This document shows, piece by piece, positions 9,379 to 18,313 of a DNA stretch of 64,000 bases (the first letter of the stretch is position 1; every line of letters starts with the position of its first letter). The notes under the pieces were generated by a model, which was not told where the DNA came from, ran no database searches, and saw only the letters and a list, made by a program, of their open reading frames with translations. This stretch comes from an uncultured Candidatus Saccharibacteria bacterium (GTDB lineage: Bacteria > Patescibacteriota > Minisyncoccia > Phycocordibacterales > UBA12445), in NCBI GenBank assembly GCA_964649715.1, contig CAZYTH010000006.1:6341-70340 (forward strand), in the 5' to 3' direction. Made by a program: the position numbers and the translations under genes.

Positions 9379-11427
9379 ATGGGAGAAAAATTCAAATCTG
9401 AAAACAATATCGTGACAAAAACCTCAATTGATCGAGGTGAATTTACCGCAGACAACAAAGAAACAAAATTAAACACACCAGAGGATGGTGGCAGTTTAGA
9501 TGAGATAACAAGAATAAACAATGAGGAAAATAGAACCGAGAGAATAAAACAATTAAAAAATGAATTGTTGGTAGACAGTTCGGACGTAGATGGTAACGAT
9601 AAAGTCAGAGAACATTTTAAGAAATTTGTAGGAGAGCTTTCAAAAAAAGAGGCAATTAAGACTGAAGAAGAAATAGGTGGGGTCGCTGAAAAATTTAGGA
9701 CAGAGCTTCTCTCGAAGGGTGCAGAATATGCTTTTGGAAACATACCCCAAAAATATAGGAATTTTCCCATTATAAAAGATGTCTTGAAAGAAGAAATAAA
9801 TAAACTAAAAGATCAAGGATATGATCGTTTCTGTTATTCTGTTTTAAAAATGACCGACTGCAAAGAAGCGTTGGAGATTGCTTTGAGCGAACCCAATTTT
9901 TTGTTTGCCGCGGAAGGCAATATAAAGGCTTCCTTTTCTTCTCGATATATGGAAACTATTGAAAGCGCCTTGGAATTGTCTGAAAGATTGAATTTTCCTC
10001 ATGAATTTTTTTCTGATCCTGAAATTCAAAAGTTGGCGAATGATATCCTTGAGATATCGATGAGGAGCGGGAAAGTGGAAAAGGGTATGTATATAATGAA
10101 ACTTTTTAACATTGAATCTGAAAAAATGTTAGAAATGGCTGAGGGTAATTTGGAGAAAATTTTTTCTTTGGGTGGTTTTGATAAACAACCCAGAGAAGTT
10201 TATGAAATAGCTGAGAAGTTGGGAATTTCTTCAAAATTTTTAAAATCTAATGATTTTATTGATGTTGTTGAAGAGAGATTTTTAGAAATGTTGCCCATTG
10301 AACCAGATTTGTCTTTTTTAATAATGGAAGCTTTTGATTTATCAAAAGAAAAAAAAGAAGAATTAGTTAGGCGGGGTTTTTTGAGAATGCTTAGTTTGGG
10401 AAGGATGGATACCCACTGGATGAGAAGAATTGGGATTGATCAGGAGACTCAAAATATAATACCAGAGAAGGTTACAGAGCAAATGCTTTCTGATGATTCT
10501 AATCAAGAATATTCTCTTAGAATGGCCGTTAAAATAAGTTCTGAATTCGATATCTCTGAAGATTTATTAAATAGAATAAAAAAACAGGTGGGTGTTTCTG
10601 AATCGGCTAAAGAGGAAGCTTCGTCCGCTATTTTTTTTGATGATGTAGACCGAGCAGGTGACATAATAAATAAATTTAATTTATCGCCAGAGCTTCTTGG
10701 CACAAGAAGATTTTTATCTGAAAAAGAAAGGGATTTAGCAGAAAGGGAAGTAGATAAAAACGAGGAACTTAACGGTGGCTGTAATAAGTCTTCCTTTGTT
10801 CATTTAAACGGAAATGGTTCCGGGTTGTACAAACCCGTAAAAGGAGAAGCGCCTCTTAGAGAAAAAATAGAAAAGGGAACTTATTACAGAAGAGAGAGGG
10901 CATCTTATGTTGTTGATAAATTTTTGGGATTTGACTTGGTCCCACCGACGATAATTAAGAAAATAAACGGAGAAATTGGTAGTGTGCAAGCTTTTATTCC
11001 AGATGCAGATGTTGGCTCTATGGTTTCAAAAGAAAAAAAAGAAGAAAATGTAATAAAGGAACAACTTAAGTCCTTGTGGGTTTTTGATCTTTTGGTTTAC
11101 AATTCCGATCGCCATAATAAAAACTGGATGATATCAGGGGAGAGAATAATCGCTATTGATAACGGTTTGTGTTTTGGTGAGTCAGAGTTGTCTTCTGAAA
11201 ATCAGTTTTTTGATGAAGAGGTACCTGCGGAAACGATAGAAAAATTAGAAAAATTATCAGTTGATACGGAAAGACAGGAAAATTTAAGGGAGATGCTTTT
11301 GGAATTGCTTCCAAAGAAAGAAGTCGATGCTTTCTTTAATAGATTTTTCCGACTAGTTAAAATAATTAGAGAATATAACGGTAAAATTCCTGATTCCGAC
11401 GACAATAAAGTAATTAAGTTTGTTTAA
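9379..11427 (+). CDS. Large protein with a C-terminal PI3K/PI4K-like (atypical, HipA/PI-kinase-type) kinase domain
   Basis: C-terminus carries a 'GSGLYKPVKGE' Gly-rich loop, 'VFDLLVYNSDRHNKNWM' (DRHxxN catalytic loop) and 'IAIDNGLCFG' (DFG-like). The N-terminal ~450 aa is helical and acidic with no motifs. Confidence 0.5.
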   Translation: MGEKFKSENNIVTKTSIDRGEFTADNKETKLNTPEDGGSLDEITRINNEENRTERIKQLKNELLVDSSDVDGNDKVREHFKKFVGELSKKEAIKTEEEIGGVAEKFRTELLSKGAEYAFGNIPQKYRNFPIIKDVLKEEINKLKDQGYDRFCYSVLKMTDCKEALEIALSEPNFLFAAEGNIKASFSSRYMETIESALELSERLNFPHEFFSDPEIQKLANDILEISMRSGKVEKGMYIMKLFNIESEKMLEMAEGNLEKIFSLGGFDKQPREVYEIAEKLGISSKFLKSNDFIDVVEERFLEMLPIEPDLSFLIMEAFDLSKEKKEELVRRGFLRMLSLGRMDTHWMRRIGIDQETQNIIPEKVTEQMLSDDSNQEYSLRMAVKISSEFDISEDLLNRIKKQVGVSESAKEEASSAIFFDDVDRAGDIINKFNLSPELLGTRRFLSEKERDLAEREVDKNEELNGGCNKSSFVHLNGNGSGLYKPVKGEAPLREKIEKGTYYRRERASYVVDKFLGFDLVPPTIIKKINGEIGSVQAFIPDADVGSMVSKEKKEENVIKEQLKSLWVFDLLVYNSDRHNKNWMISGERIIAIDNGLCFGESELSSENQFFDEEVPAETIEKLEKLSVDTERQENLREMLLELLPKKEVDAFFNRFFRLVKIIREYNGKIPDSDDNKVIKFV

Positions 11428-11430
11428 TTT

Positions 11431-11685
11431 ATGAAATTTGTAGAAATATATAAAATAGATAATGAAGGTGCTCAGTCTCTTGTAGCTGTTTGCACGTTGT
11501 CGTCTGACGGTGTCCAAATAAAGGGTGAACAAAAACTTATTGACAGTTTGAATGAAGGTATAAATAATTATTCTGAAACGGGCCACAAAAAAGTTTATCC
11601 GAGTGACGGGCTTTTGTTTCTGGAACAACTTAAATTTAATTTTCGTTCAGGATATTTGAATGCAACTGAAATAAAACAAGTATAA
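11431..11685 (+). CDS. Hypothetical small protein
   Basis: 84-aa ORF tightly packed between the flanking genes. Confidence 0.35.
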   Translation: MKFVEIYKIDNEGAQSLVAVCTLSSDGVQIKGEQKLIDSLNEGINNYSETGHKKVYPSDGLLFLEQLKFNFRSGYLNATEIKQV

Positions 11686-11689
11686 AAAA

Positions 11690-12436
11690 ATGAATAAACT
11701 TATATTATTGAGACACGGAGAAAGCGAATGGAATAGAGAAAATATATTTACAGGTTGGACAGACGTAGATCTTTCTCCAAGAGGGGAAGAAGAAGCCAAG
11801 GAGGCGGGTCGTTTGCTTCTTGATGCTGGTATTTTTCCAAATGTTGCTTTCACCTCAGTATTACAAAGAGCGAATAGAACATTGGATATTTTATTGGATG
11901 AAATGAAAATAAAAGATATTCCTATTCATTTTTCTTGGCGCCTTAATGAAAGGCATTACGGAGCTCTTCAAGGTTTAAATAAGACAGAAACTGTAAAAAA
12001 ATTTGGAGAAGAACAGGTTAAAATTTGGAGAAGAAGTTATGAAACAAGACCGCCATCTCTTACAGCTGGAGAAGAGAGAGATTCCGTGAATGATCCTAAG
12101 TATGCTGGATTGAAAAGGGAGGAAATACCACTTTCTGAGTCTTTGGAAGACACCACAAAAAGAGTTATGCCTTATTGGGAGGAGAAAATTTTACCGGAGA
12201 TTAAAAGCGGTAAGAACGTTTTGATAGCGGGGCACGGTTCCGGGGTTAGAAGTATCGTTAAATATCTTGATAATTTATCCTCGGAAGATGTCGTGGGTCT
12301 TGATATCCCGACAGGAGTTCCGCTTGTGTATGAATTTGATGAAAATGGTAAAAAAATCACTCATTATTATTTGGGTAGAGAGGAAGATATTAAGAAAAAA
12401 ATAGAAGAAGTTAAGAATCAGATAAAAAACAAATAA
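11690..12436 (+). CDS. gpmA: 2,3-bisphosphoglycerate-dependent phosphoglycerate mutase
   Basis: 'LILLRHGESEWNRENIFTGWTDVDLSPRGEEEA' RHG catalytic motif, plus 'GHGSGVRSIVKYL' and a C-terminal Lys-rich tail. 248 aa. Confidence 0.85.
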   Translation: MNKLILLRHGESEWNRENIFTGWTDVDLSPRGEEEAKEAGRLLLDAGIFPNVAFTSVLQRANRTLDILLDEMKIKDIPIHFSWRLNERHYGALQGLNKTETVKKFGEEQVKIWRRSYETRPPSLTAGEERDSVNDPKYAGLKREEIPLSESLEDTTKRVMPYWEEKILPEIKSGKNVLIAGHGSGVRSIVKYLDNLSSEDVVGLDIPTGVPLVYEFDENGKKITHYYLGREEDIKKKIEEVKNQIKNK

Positions 12437-12535
12437 ATTAAAAATTTTTGAAAAAGCAAATTATGTTGAAAATTTGCTTTTTTTTGTTTAGTATCTTCTT
12501 TAAATAATAGAACATTGAAAAAAGGAGTTTAAATC

Positions 12536-13240
12536 GTGGTCAAAACAAAACCCCTGAGAATTGTTTTTATTAGACATGGACAGTCTCTTAGAAATCAACT
12601 TTGTCATTTGCCATATCTTCCCGATGATGATGAGATATTTAAAGTTATTGGACATATTTCTGACAGGGATACACCGCTTTCAGAAGATGGTTACAGACAG
12701 GCAGAAACAACAGGTGTTTATTTGCGGGATATCTTCGGGATTCCTAATTATATTTTTCATTCTGGGTATTTGAGGACAATCCAAACGGTAGAAGGAATAT
12801 TGTATTCTTTTGAGGAAAGAGAAAAGAAAAAGATAATTATTTTGAAAGACGATCTCATAAGAGAGAGAGCTGTTGGTTATGTTTACAATATGAAGGAGAA
12901 AGATGCGAGAAGATCTTTCCCATGGGTAAAAAGATACGCAGAATTATTTTCTGATTTCGATTTTTGTCCACCCGGCGGAGAAAGTTTGGTTCAAGTTATA
13001 GATAGAACAAGGATTTTTGTTGATAGGGTTTTGTCTGTAATTGAACAAGGTAAAACTGTCTTCATCGTTAGTCATGGTCGTGCGATACAGTGTCTTATGT
13101 ATAATCTGCTTGGTAGGGATTTTAAATCCATATTTGAACACAAAGAGGGTTCTATAAAAAATTGTAGTATTACGTTATTCGAGTCACACAAAAAAGGTTT
13201 ATTTATATTAAAACAATATAATAAGATTTTTTGGAAATGA
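12536..13240 (+). CDS. Histidine phosphatase family protein (phosphoglycerate mutase-like paralog)
   Basis: 'IVFIRHGQS' RHG motif and 'SHGRAIQCL'. GTG start after AAGGAG. Confidence 0.65.
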   Translation: MVKTKPLRIVFIRHGQSLRNQLCHLPYLPDDDEIFKVIGHISDRDTPLSEDGYRQAETTGVYLRDIFGIPNYIFHSGYLRTIQTVEGILYSFEEREKKKIIILKDDLIRERAVGYVYNMKEKDARRSFPWVKRYAELFSDFDFCPPGGESLVQVIDRTRIFVDRVLSVIEQGKTVFIVSHGRAIQCLMYNLLGRDFKSIFEHKEGSIKNCSITLFESHKKGLFILKQYNKIFWK

Positions 13241-13370
13241 GTTAAATCCGCACAAAAAGTGCGGGTTTTTTATATTGTTTTTAATATGGTAGGATAAGAG
13301 CATAAAGAAAATGTTTAGTTTTCTAGTAGTGTTATTTTTGTCTTATAATTTTAAAAATTTTTTATAAAAA

Positions 13371-13772
13371 ATGAAAGGATACACAACAAACATAGAAAAA
13401 GATACTTTAGACAATGAGGATTTTAGAAGAGTTCTTTACACATCTTCTCATAGTCAGCTTGTTTTGATGGCCATAGAGCCTAAGGATGATATTGGTGAAG
13501 AGGCTCACGACAAAGTTGACCAATTTTTCAGAGTAGAAAAGGGGGAGGGGGTCGCTATTTTAGAAGGGGAAGAAACGAAGCTTTATGATGGTAGCGTAAT
13601 AATTGTTCCTGCGGGGACAAGACATAATATTATAAACACCTCAGAAACAGAAAAATTGAAGCTATATACAATCTATTCTCCAGCAAACCATATAGATGGA
13701 AGGGTCCATGAGACCAAAGCTGATGCCGTGGCGGATACAGAAGACGAAGATTTTGGTCATGGTGTAAAATAG
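13371..13772 (+). CDS. Cupin domain protein
   Basis: 'FRVEKGEGVAILEGEE..LYDGSVIIVPAGTRHNIINT' matches cupin motifs G(X)5HXH...PXGXXHXXXN. Confidence 0.6.
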   Translation: MKGYTTNIEKDTLDNEDFRRVLYTSSHSQLVLMAIEPKDDIGEEAHDKVDQFFRVEKGEGVAILEGEETKLYDGSVIIVPAGTRHNIINTSETEKLKLYTIYSPANHIDGRVHETKADAVADTEDEDFGHGVK

Positions 13773-13792
13773 AAATTTTTAAATAAGAGACA

Positions 13793-13824
13793 AAAATAAA
13801 CCATCGATAAGATGGTTTATTTTT
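13793..13824. terminator. Bidirectional hairpin terminator between the cupin gene and recG
   Basis: AAATAAACCATC gataa GATGGTTTATTTTTTT. Confidence 0.6.
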
Positions 13825-15999
13825 TTATTCAAAATGAGTTTCTGCGCTCCTTTCTTTTGTTATTTTTTTCAAAGTTGGATATTTCACCATCTCTGGGTCG
13901 AACTCCAGTATATTTTTTGCCTCATTTCTGGCTGCCTCAACCATTTTTATGTTTTTTATCGCTTCCATCCCAATATCTGAAATTCCCCATTGTTTTTTTC
14001 CGGAAAGTTCTCCAAAACCACGCAGTTGAAGGTCTAACTCAGCAAGTTCAAAGCCGTTTTTTGCAGTTTTTATCGCTTTTAGTCGATTGTGTGTTTTTTC
14101 GCTTTTTGATTCGCTAAAAATATAACAAAAAGCTTGATGGTTGCTCCTTATGACCCTTCCCCTTAACTGGTGAAGCTGAGAAAGACCAAACCTTTCTCCT
14201 CCTTCTATTATTATTACTGTGGCATTCGGAACATTTACGCCCACCTCTACGACAGAAGTCGCCGTAAGGATATTTATTTTTCCATCTGAAAATTTACCCA
14301 TTACATCATCCTTTTCTTTTGTGGTCATCTTGCTGTGAAGTATTCCAAATTCATATTCAGGAAATACATCTTTTTTTAATCTTTTGGCCTCTGCTTTAAC
14401 TGATTTTGCGTTAAGTGCGAGTTCTTTGTCGGGATCAGGCTCATCTATCCTTGGGCAGATTATATAGGCCTGCCTTCCGCTCCCCAATTCTTTTCTAATT
14501 TTTTCGTAAACTTCTTTTCTTCCGGCAGGGGCGACAATCTCTGTAATTATATTTTTTCTGCCGACGGGCATTTCGTCCAAAAGCGTTAGGTCTAAGTCTC
14601 CATAGATTGTGAGAGCCAGAGTTCTGGGAATCGGTGTCGCTGTCATTGAGAGAAGGTGTGGAACCTGTATTTTTTTTCCCTCTTCAAAATCGCTTGTCTT
14701 TCTAGCTATTTTAAGCCTCTGTGCCACTCCGAAGCGGTGCTGTTCATCTATTATGACGAGGCCCAAATGTCTAAAATTAACAGTTTTTTGTATTAGAGCG
14801 TGTGTTCCAATCAATATTGGTATTTCGCCATTCGCGACCCATTTTAAAAGCTGAGTTCTTGAAATAGTTGTCCACTTTTTAGGATCTGTCTTTGAGGGGA
14901 ATTTTTTACAACCGCTTCCTGTTATTAGCCCGACATTTATTCCTGTGTATTCAAAATATTTTATAAAAGATTCGAAGTGTTGTCCGGCAAGTATCTCAGT
15001 TGGCGCCATATAGGCAACTTGTAAATTGCCAAAATCTTTCCCATAAGGGCTTGTACTTATTACACTATAAGCTGCCGTTGCCGCGACAGCTGTCTTGCCT
15101 GAGCCGACATCACCTTCTAGGAGTCTCGTCATCGGTTTATCGGAGAGAAGATCTTTATTTATCTCATTCATCGATTTTTTTTGTGCGTTAGTCATCGGAA
15201 AACCAAACCTTTTCACAAAATCCGCGATGTCCTCTTTTTTCGTTGTTATCCTAAAAGAGGGGTTACTCTCATATTCCCTTTTTTCTTTTTGTCGAGAAAG
15301 TTGTATATAGAAGACTTCTTCAAAAGAAAATCTTTTTCTTGCAGATATGGCATCATTGTCTTTTTTTGGAGAGTGTATCCAGACAAGTGCAGTTGCAAGA
15401 GAAGGTAGGTGATATTTTTCGAGTATTTCTTTTGGTATCGGGTCCTCTAATCTTTCGTGAAGCTTATTTTTTAACAGTCGATCTATCGCGTGTCTTAGCC
15501 AAAGAGATGTTACGCCTCTGGTCTCGGGGTAAACGGGAGAAGATACCAGATTATCTTCGGAAAAAAGGCTTCCATGATGGGCCATTTCAAGAGTGTCGGT
15601 CTCTTCAAGCTCTGGGTTTACGATACTCCTTTGGCCCTTCTTTTCATTTATTTGTCCTTTTAGTTTAACAAAACCACCCTCAGGGACTTTTTTTGCCATA
15701 TATGGCTGATGAAACCATATTGCTTTTATTTTTCCTGTATCATCTTCAATTATCATTTCTCCCATAGGGACACCTGAGTGGAAGGATTTTAGGGTTTTTG
15801 AGGAGACAACCCTTCCGCACACTTCGGCAAATTCACCATTTTTTGTTTCTATAATATGTTTTAAGAGTGCCTTTTCTCCGTATCTTGAAGGCAAATAGAA
15901 CAAGAGGTCTTTTAGTGTTTTTATGCGAAGTTTTTTTAATCCTTCTTTTTGGTGAGGATTTAGGCGAAAGGTTGATTCTATATTATCGTTTGGATCCAT
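13825..15999 (-). CDS. recG: ATP-dependent DNA helicase RecG
   Basis: 724 aa. Walker A 'GDVGSGKT', 'IIDEQHRFGV' DEQH box and an N-terminal wedge/OB region. Length is typical. Confidence 0.9.
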   Translation of the reverse strand: MDPNDNIESTFRLNPHQKEGLKKLRIKTLKDLLFYLPSRYGEKALLKHIIETKNGEFAEVCGRVVSSKTLKSFHSGVPMGEMIIEDDTGKIKAIWFHQPYMAKKVPEGGFVKLKGQINEKKGQRSIVNPELEETDTLEMAHHGSLFSEDNLVSSPVYPETRGVTSLWLRHAIDRLLKNKLHERLEDPIPKEILEKYHLPSLATALVWIHSPKKDNDAISARKRFSFEEVFYIQLSRQKEKREYESNPSFRITTKKEDIADFVKRFGFPMTNAQKKSMNEINKDLLSDKPMTRLLEGDVGSGKTAVAATAAYSVISTSPYGKDFGNLQVAYMAPTEILAGQHFESFIKYFEYTGINVGLITGSGCKKFPSKTDPKKWTTISRTQLLKWVANGEIPILIGTHALIQKTVNFRHLGLVIIDEQHRFGVAQRLKIARKTSDFEEGKKIQVPHLLSMTATPIPRTLALTIYGDLDLTLLDEMPVGRKNIITEIVAPAGRKEVYEKIRKELGSGRQAYIICPRIDEPDPDKELALNAKSVKAEAKRLKKDVFPEYEFGILHSKMTTKEKDDVMGKFSDGKINILTATSVVEVGVNVPNATVIIIEGGERFGLSQLHQLRGRVIRSNHQAFCYIFSESKSEKTHNRLKAIKTAKNGFELAELDLQLRGFGELSGKKQWGISDIGMEAIKNIKMVEAARNEAKNILEFDPEMVKYPTLKKITKERSAETHFE

Positions 16000-16069
16000 A
16001 GGATATTCAGTATATTTTAAAGAAAGACTTAAATCAAAAGTTCGCCAATTGCTTTGGCGAACTTTTGAT

Positions 16070-17170
16070 TTATTTTTTTATCTTATCATATAGCTTTTTG
16101 ATTGTATTTATTTCGTTGCTATTTTTTATGTCCAGATAGGTCTGGAGATCGTTTTCTGAAAGTTGTTTTTTGAACTCTAAAAATTCTGGATCCGGTGGTG
16201 TTAATCTTGTATATAGTTTATACAAACTATTTTCTTCTGGAAGTTCGCTTTCCTTGAGTTTTCTTTTTGTTTCTTCTTTGTGTCGCATCGCCTTCCTGTC
16301 GGCTGTCCCGATCATATTGCCTCTTATTTTTCTTACTCTTGTGAAAAAGTCATCGTTTTCATTAAATTCAGCGTCTTGAAGGGCGTCCCATATTGTTGCC
16401 ATACCGACACTCGTGCCAAGCTTGAATTTGAAATCTTTTGGTATGTCGAGTTCTTTGTCTTTTAACCTTTCTTGGACGAGCCCGCTTTCAAAATCTATAA
16501 GCCCTGTTGCTTCTTTGTTGCTTTTAACTTCCTCAAAAAAACGTCTTTCTACCTCATTTCTAATCTCATTGAGATTTTTTTCATCTGAAGATAGAAGTGC
16601 TCCAAATTCATCTCCACCTTGGGTAAAGGGTATCGAATCAACCCCATTTTCTTTTAACCATTTTATTGTTTCACCATTCTGTAAAATTTCAGCAAGAATA
16701 CCAAGTCCTCTATCTCCGCTTGTATGACCGCCGAGATCGTTGAGAGCTTTTAGCCCGTTTAGGTCAAAGTTAATAATGGCAATTTTTTCCAGATCTGGTT
16801 TAGATAATTCTTTTTTTTCAAAAGCACTGCCCACTTTTTTTGCTAGTTCAAATTCTATATATTTTCGGTTGAAAAGGGGTTCTTTGAAGCATGGTCTTCT
16901 GTCTTGGTATGAGAGTTTTATAAGATTTACATCGTTTTTTACAAATTCAACAATTTCTTCTGGGGAGAATCCTTTTTCTTTCAAGAGAAGAACCCTGTTT
17001 TTCTCTTCAGTTCTAAGATTTATATCAGAACCTTCAGGCTCAGGAATAAGACTTAAAAGTTTTTCTATTTTGCTTTCGGCTTCTTCTTTTTTTCGTTTCT
17101 CTGTCTCTTCTCTTGAGGACGCCGTCTTTATTGCCTTATTTAAAATGTCGTTATCGTTATTATTTATCAT
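16070..17170 (-). CDS. GGDEF-domain diguanylate cyclase
   Basis: 'INFDLNGLKALNDLGGHTSGDRGLGILAEIL' and an exact 'FTQGGDEFGALL' GGDEF active-site motif. N-terminal charged, coiled region. Confidence 0.75.
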   Translation of the reverse strand: MINNNDNDILNKAIKTASSREETEKRKKEEAESKIEKLLSLIPEPEGSDINLRTEEKNRVLLLKEKGFSPEEIVEFVKNDVNLIKLSYQDRRPCFKEPLFNRKYIEFELAKKVGSAFEKKELSKPDLEKIAIINFDLNGLKALNDLGGHTSGDRGLGILAEILQNGETIKWLKENGVDSIPFTQGGDEFGALLSSDEKNLNEIRNEVERRFFEEVKSNKEATGLIDFESGLVQERLKDKELDIPKDFKFKLGTSVGMATIWDALQDAEFNENDDFFTRVRKIRGNMIGTADRKAMRHKEETKRKLKESELPEENSLYKLYTRLTPPDPEFLEFKKQLSENDLQTYLDIKNSNEINTIKKLYDKIKK

Positions 17171-17705
17171 GATTGTTATATTAATAAAAAAACAACTTAA
17201 TTGAAAGTTTTTTAAAATTATAGTGTTAGGGAATTTTTTAATTAAAAATCTCCTTATCTTCTTTTGTTTTTAAGAGAGACTGTGGCATTTGTTAAAAGCA
17301 ACTGTGCTATCTCCAAATATTGAACTGAAAAGACAACCCAAATCTAATTGTTCGATGAATTTGTGTCCTTGTCAGAAAACACTACCAATCGTTTAGAATA
17401 GCTTTTTTGGTCTTTGTTCCAAATACCTTCGCAAGTAATAAGATTTAGATGTGATTTGCCGCAAATACAAAAGTGTTTCCACCTCCAAAAATTACAGAAA
17501 AAAAGATTGATAAAATTACTAAAAATTTATTAACTGTTTTCATCTATTTTTTTATATTAACTATTGAAAAAACTCCTTACAGTTTACTCTTCTATTGTTG
17601 GAATGCATAATTGTCGTTTATTTTAGAGGATAAATATAAAATATGGGAAAAAATCGTGGAGAGTATAAATTTTTTATTTTCTTACTATCGTGCTAAAATA
17701 CAATA

Positions 17706-18065
17706 ATGAAAAAGAAAATAAATAAAAAAATAAAGCCAGTCGCCAATAGCGCGAATAAAAAAGCAATCAAAAAAATAAAATCGGTTGCCAAACTAACGGT
17801 AGAAAAAACAAAAGTATTCATGGAAAATACTGGTAAAAAGGTTGGCAAAGAAGCGGGAAAAATGGCAAAGGCACTTCAAAAAAGATGGGATAAAGCTGAA
17901 CCAGGAAGAGAGAAATATAAAAAAGAGGTAAAGATCGCAGCCAAAAAAGCTGGTGCAAGAGGCATGGAGTTACTAAAAAGTGGACTTAAAAATAGCATGA
18001 AAATAGGTGGCGATATCGTTGACGTTATCAAAAAAGATGTCAAAGAAATGAGTAACGAAAAATAG
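17706..18065 (+). CDS. Lysine-rich small hypothetical protein
   Basis: 119 aa, about 30% Lys. Followed by a terminator hairpin. Confidence 0.4.
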   Translation: MKKKINKKIKPVANSANKKAIKKIKSVAKLTVEKTKVFMENTGKKVGKEAGKMAKALQKRWDKAEPGREKYKKEVKIAAKKAGARGMELLKSGLKNSMKIGGDIVDVIKKDVKEMSNEK

Positions 18066-18107
18066 AGGAAATTAAATACCATTCATAATCTGATATAATA
18101 TAAGATT

Positions 18108-18136
18108 AAATCCGCTCTATAATGAGCGGATTTTTT
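18108..18136 (+). terminator. Rho-independent terminator
   Basis: AAATCCGCTCTATAATGAGCGGATTTTTTG. Confidence 0.6.
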
Positions 18137-18313
18137 GTTGTAAATAAGGCTGTAATGGTTTAATACTCATTGTTTTCTTATGAAAGAATTTCTATTTTTA
18201 GGTCATTTTTTAAGATAATAATAAAGTCCTCAGATTGTGGATAACTTAGCTTTGTTTTTCGGCTTCCTTTCGGTTATAATCAAATTGTAGCGTAAATAGA
18301 CTTTAATATATAG

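Noticed and set aside
9324-9770. 148-aa minus-strand ORF
   Set aside because: It is antisense to the 5' part of the kinase-like gene. It is Ser/Phe-rich low complexity and has no RBS.
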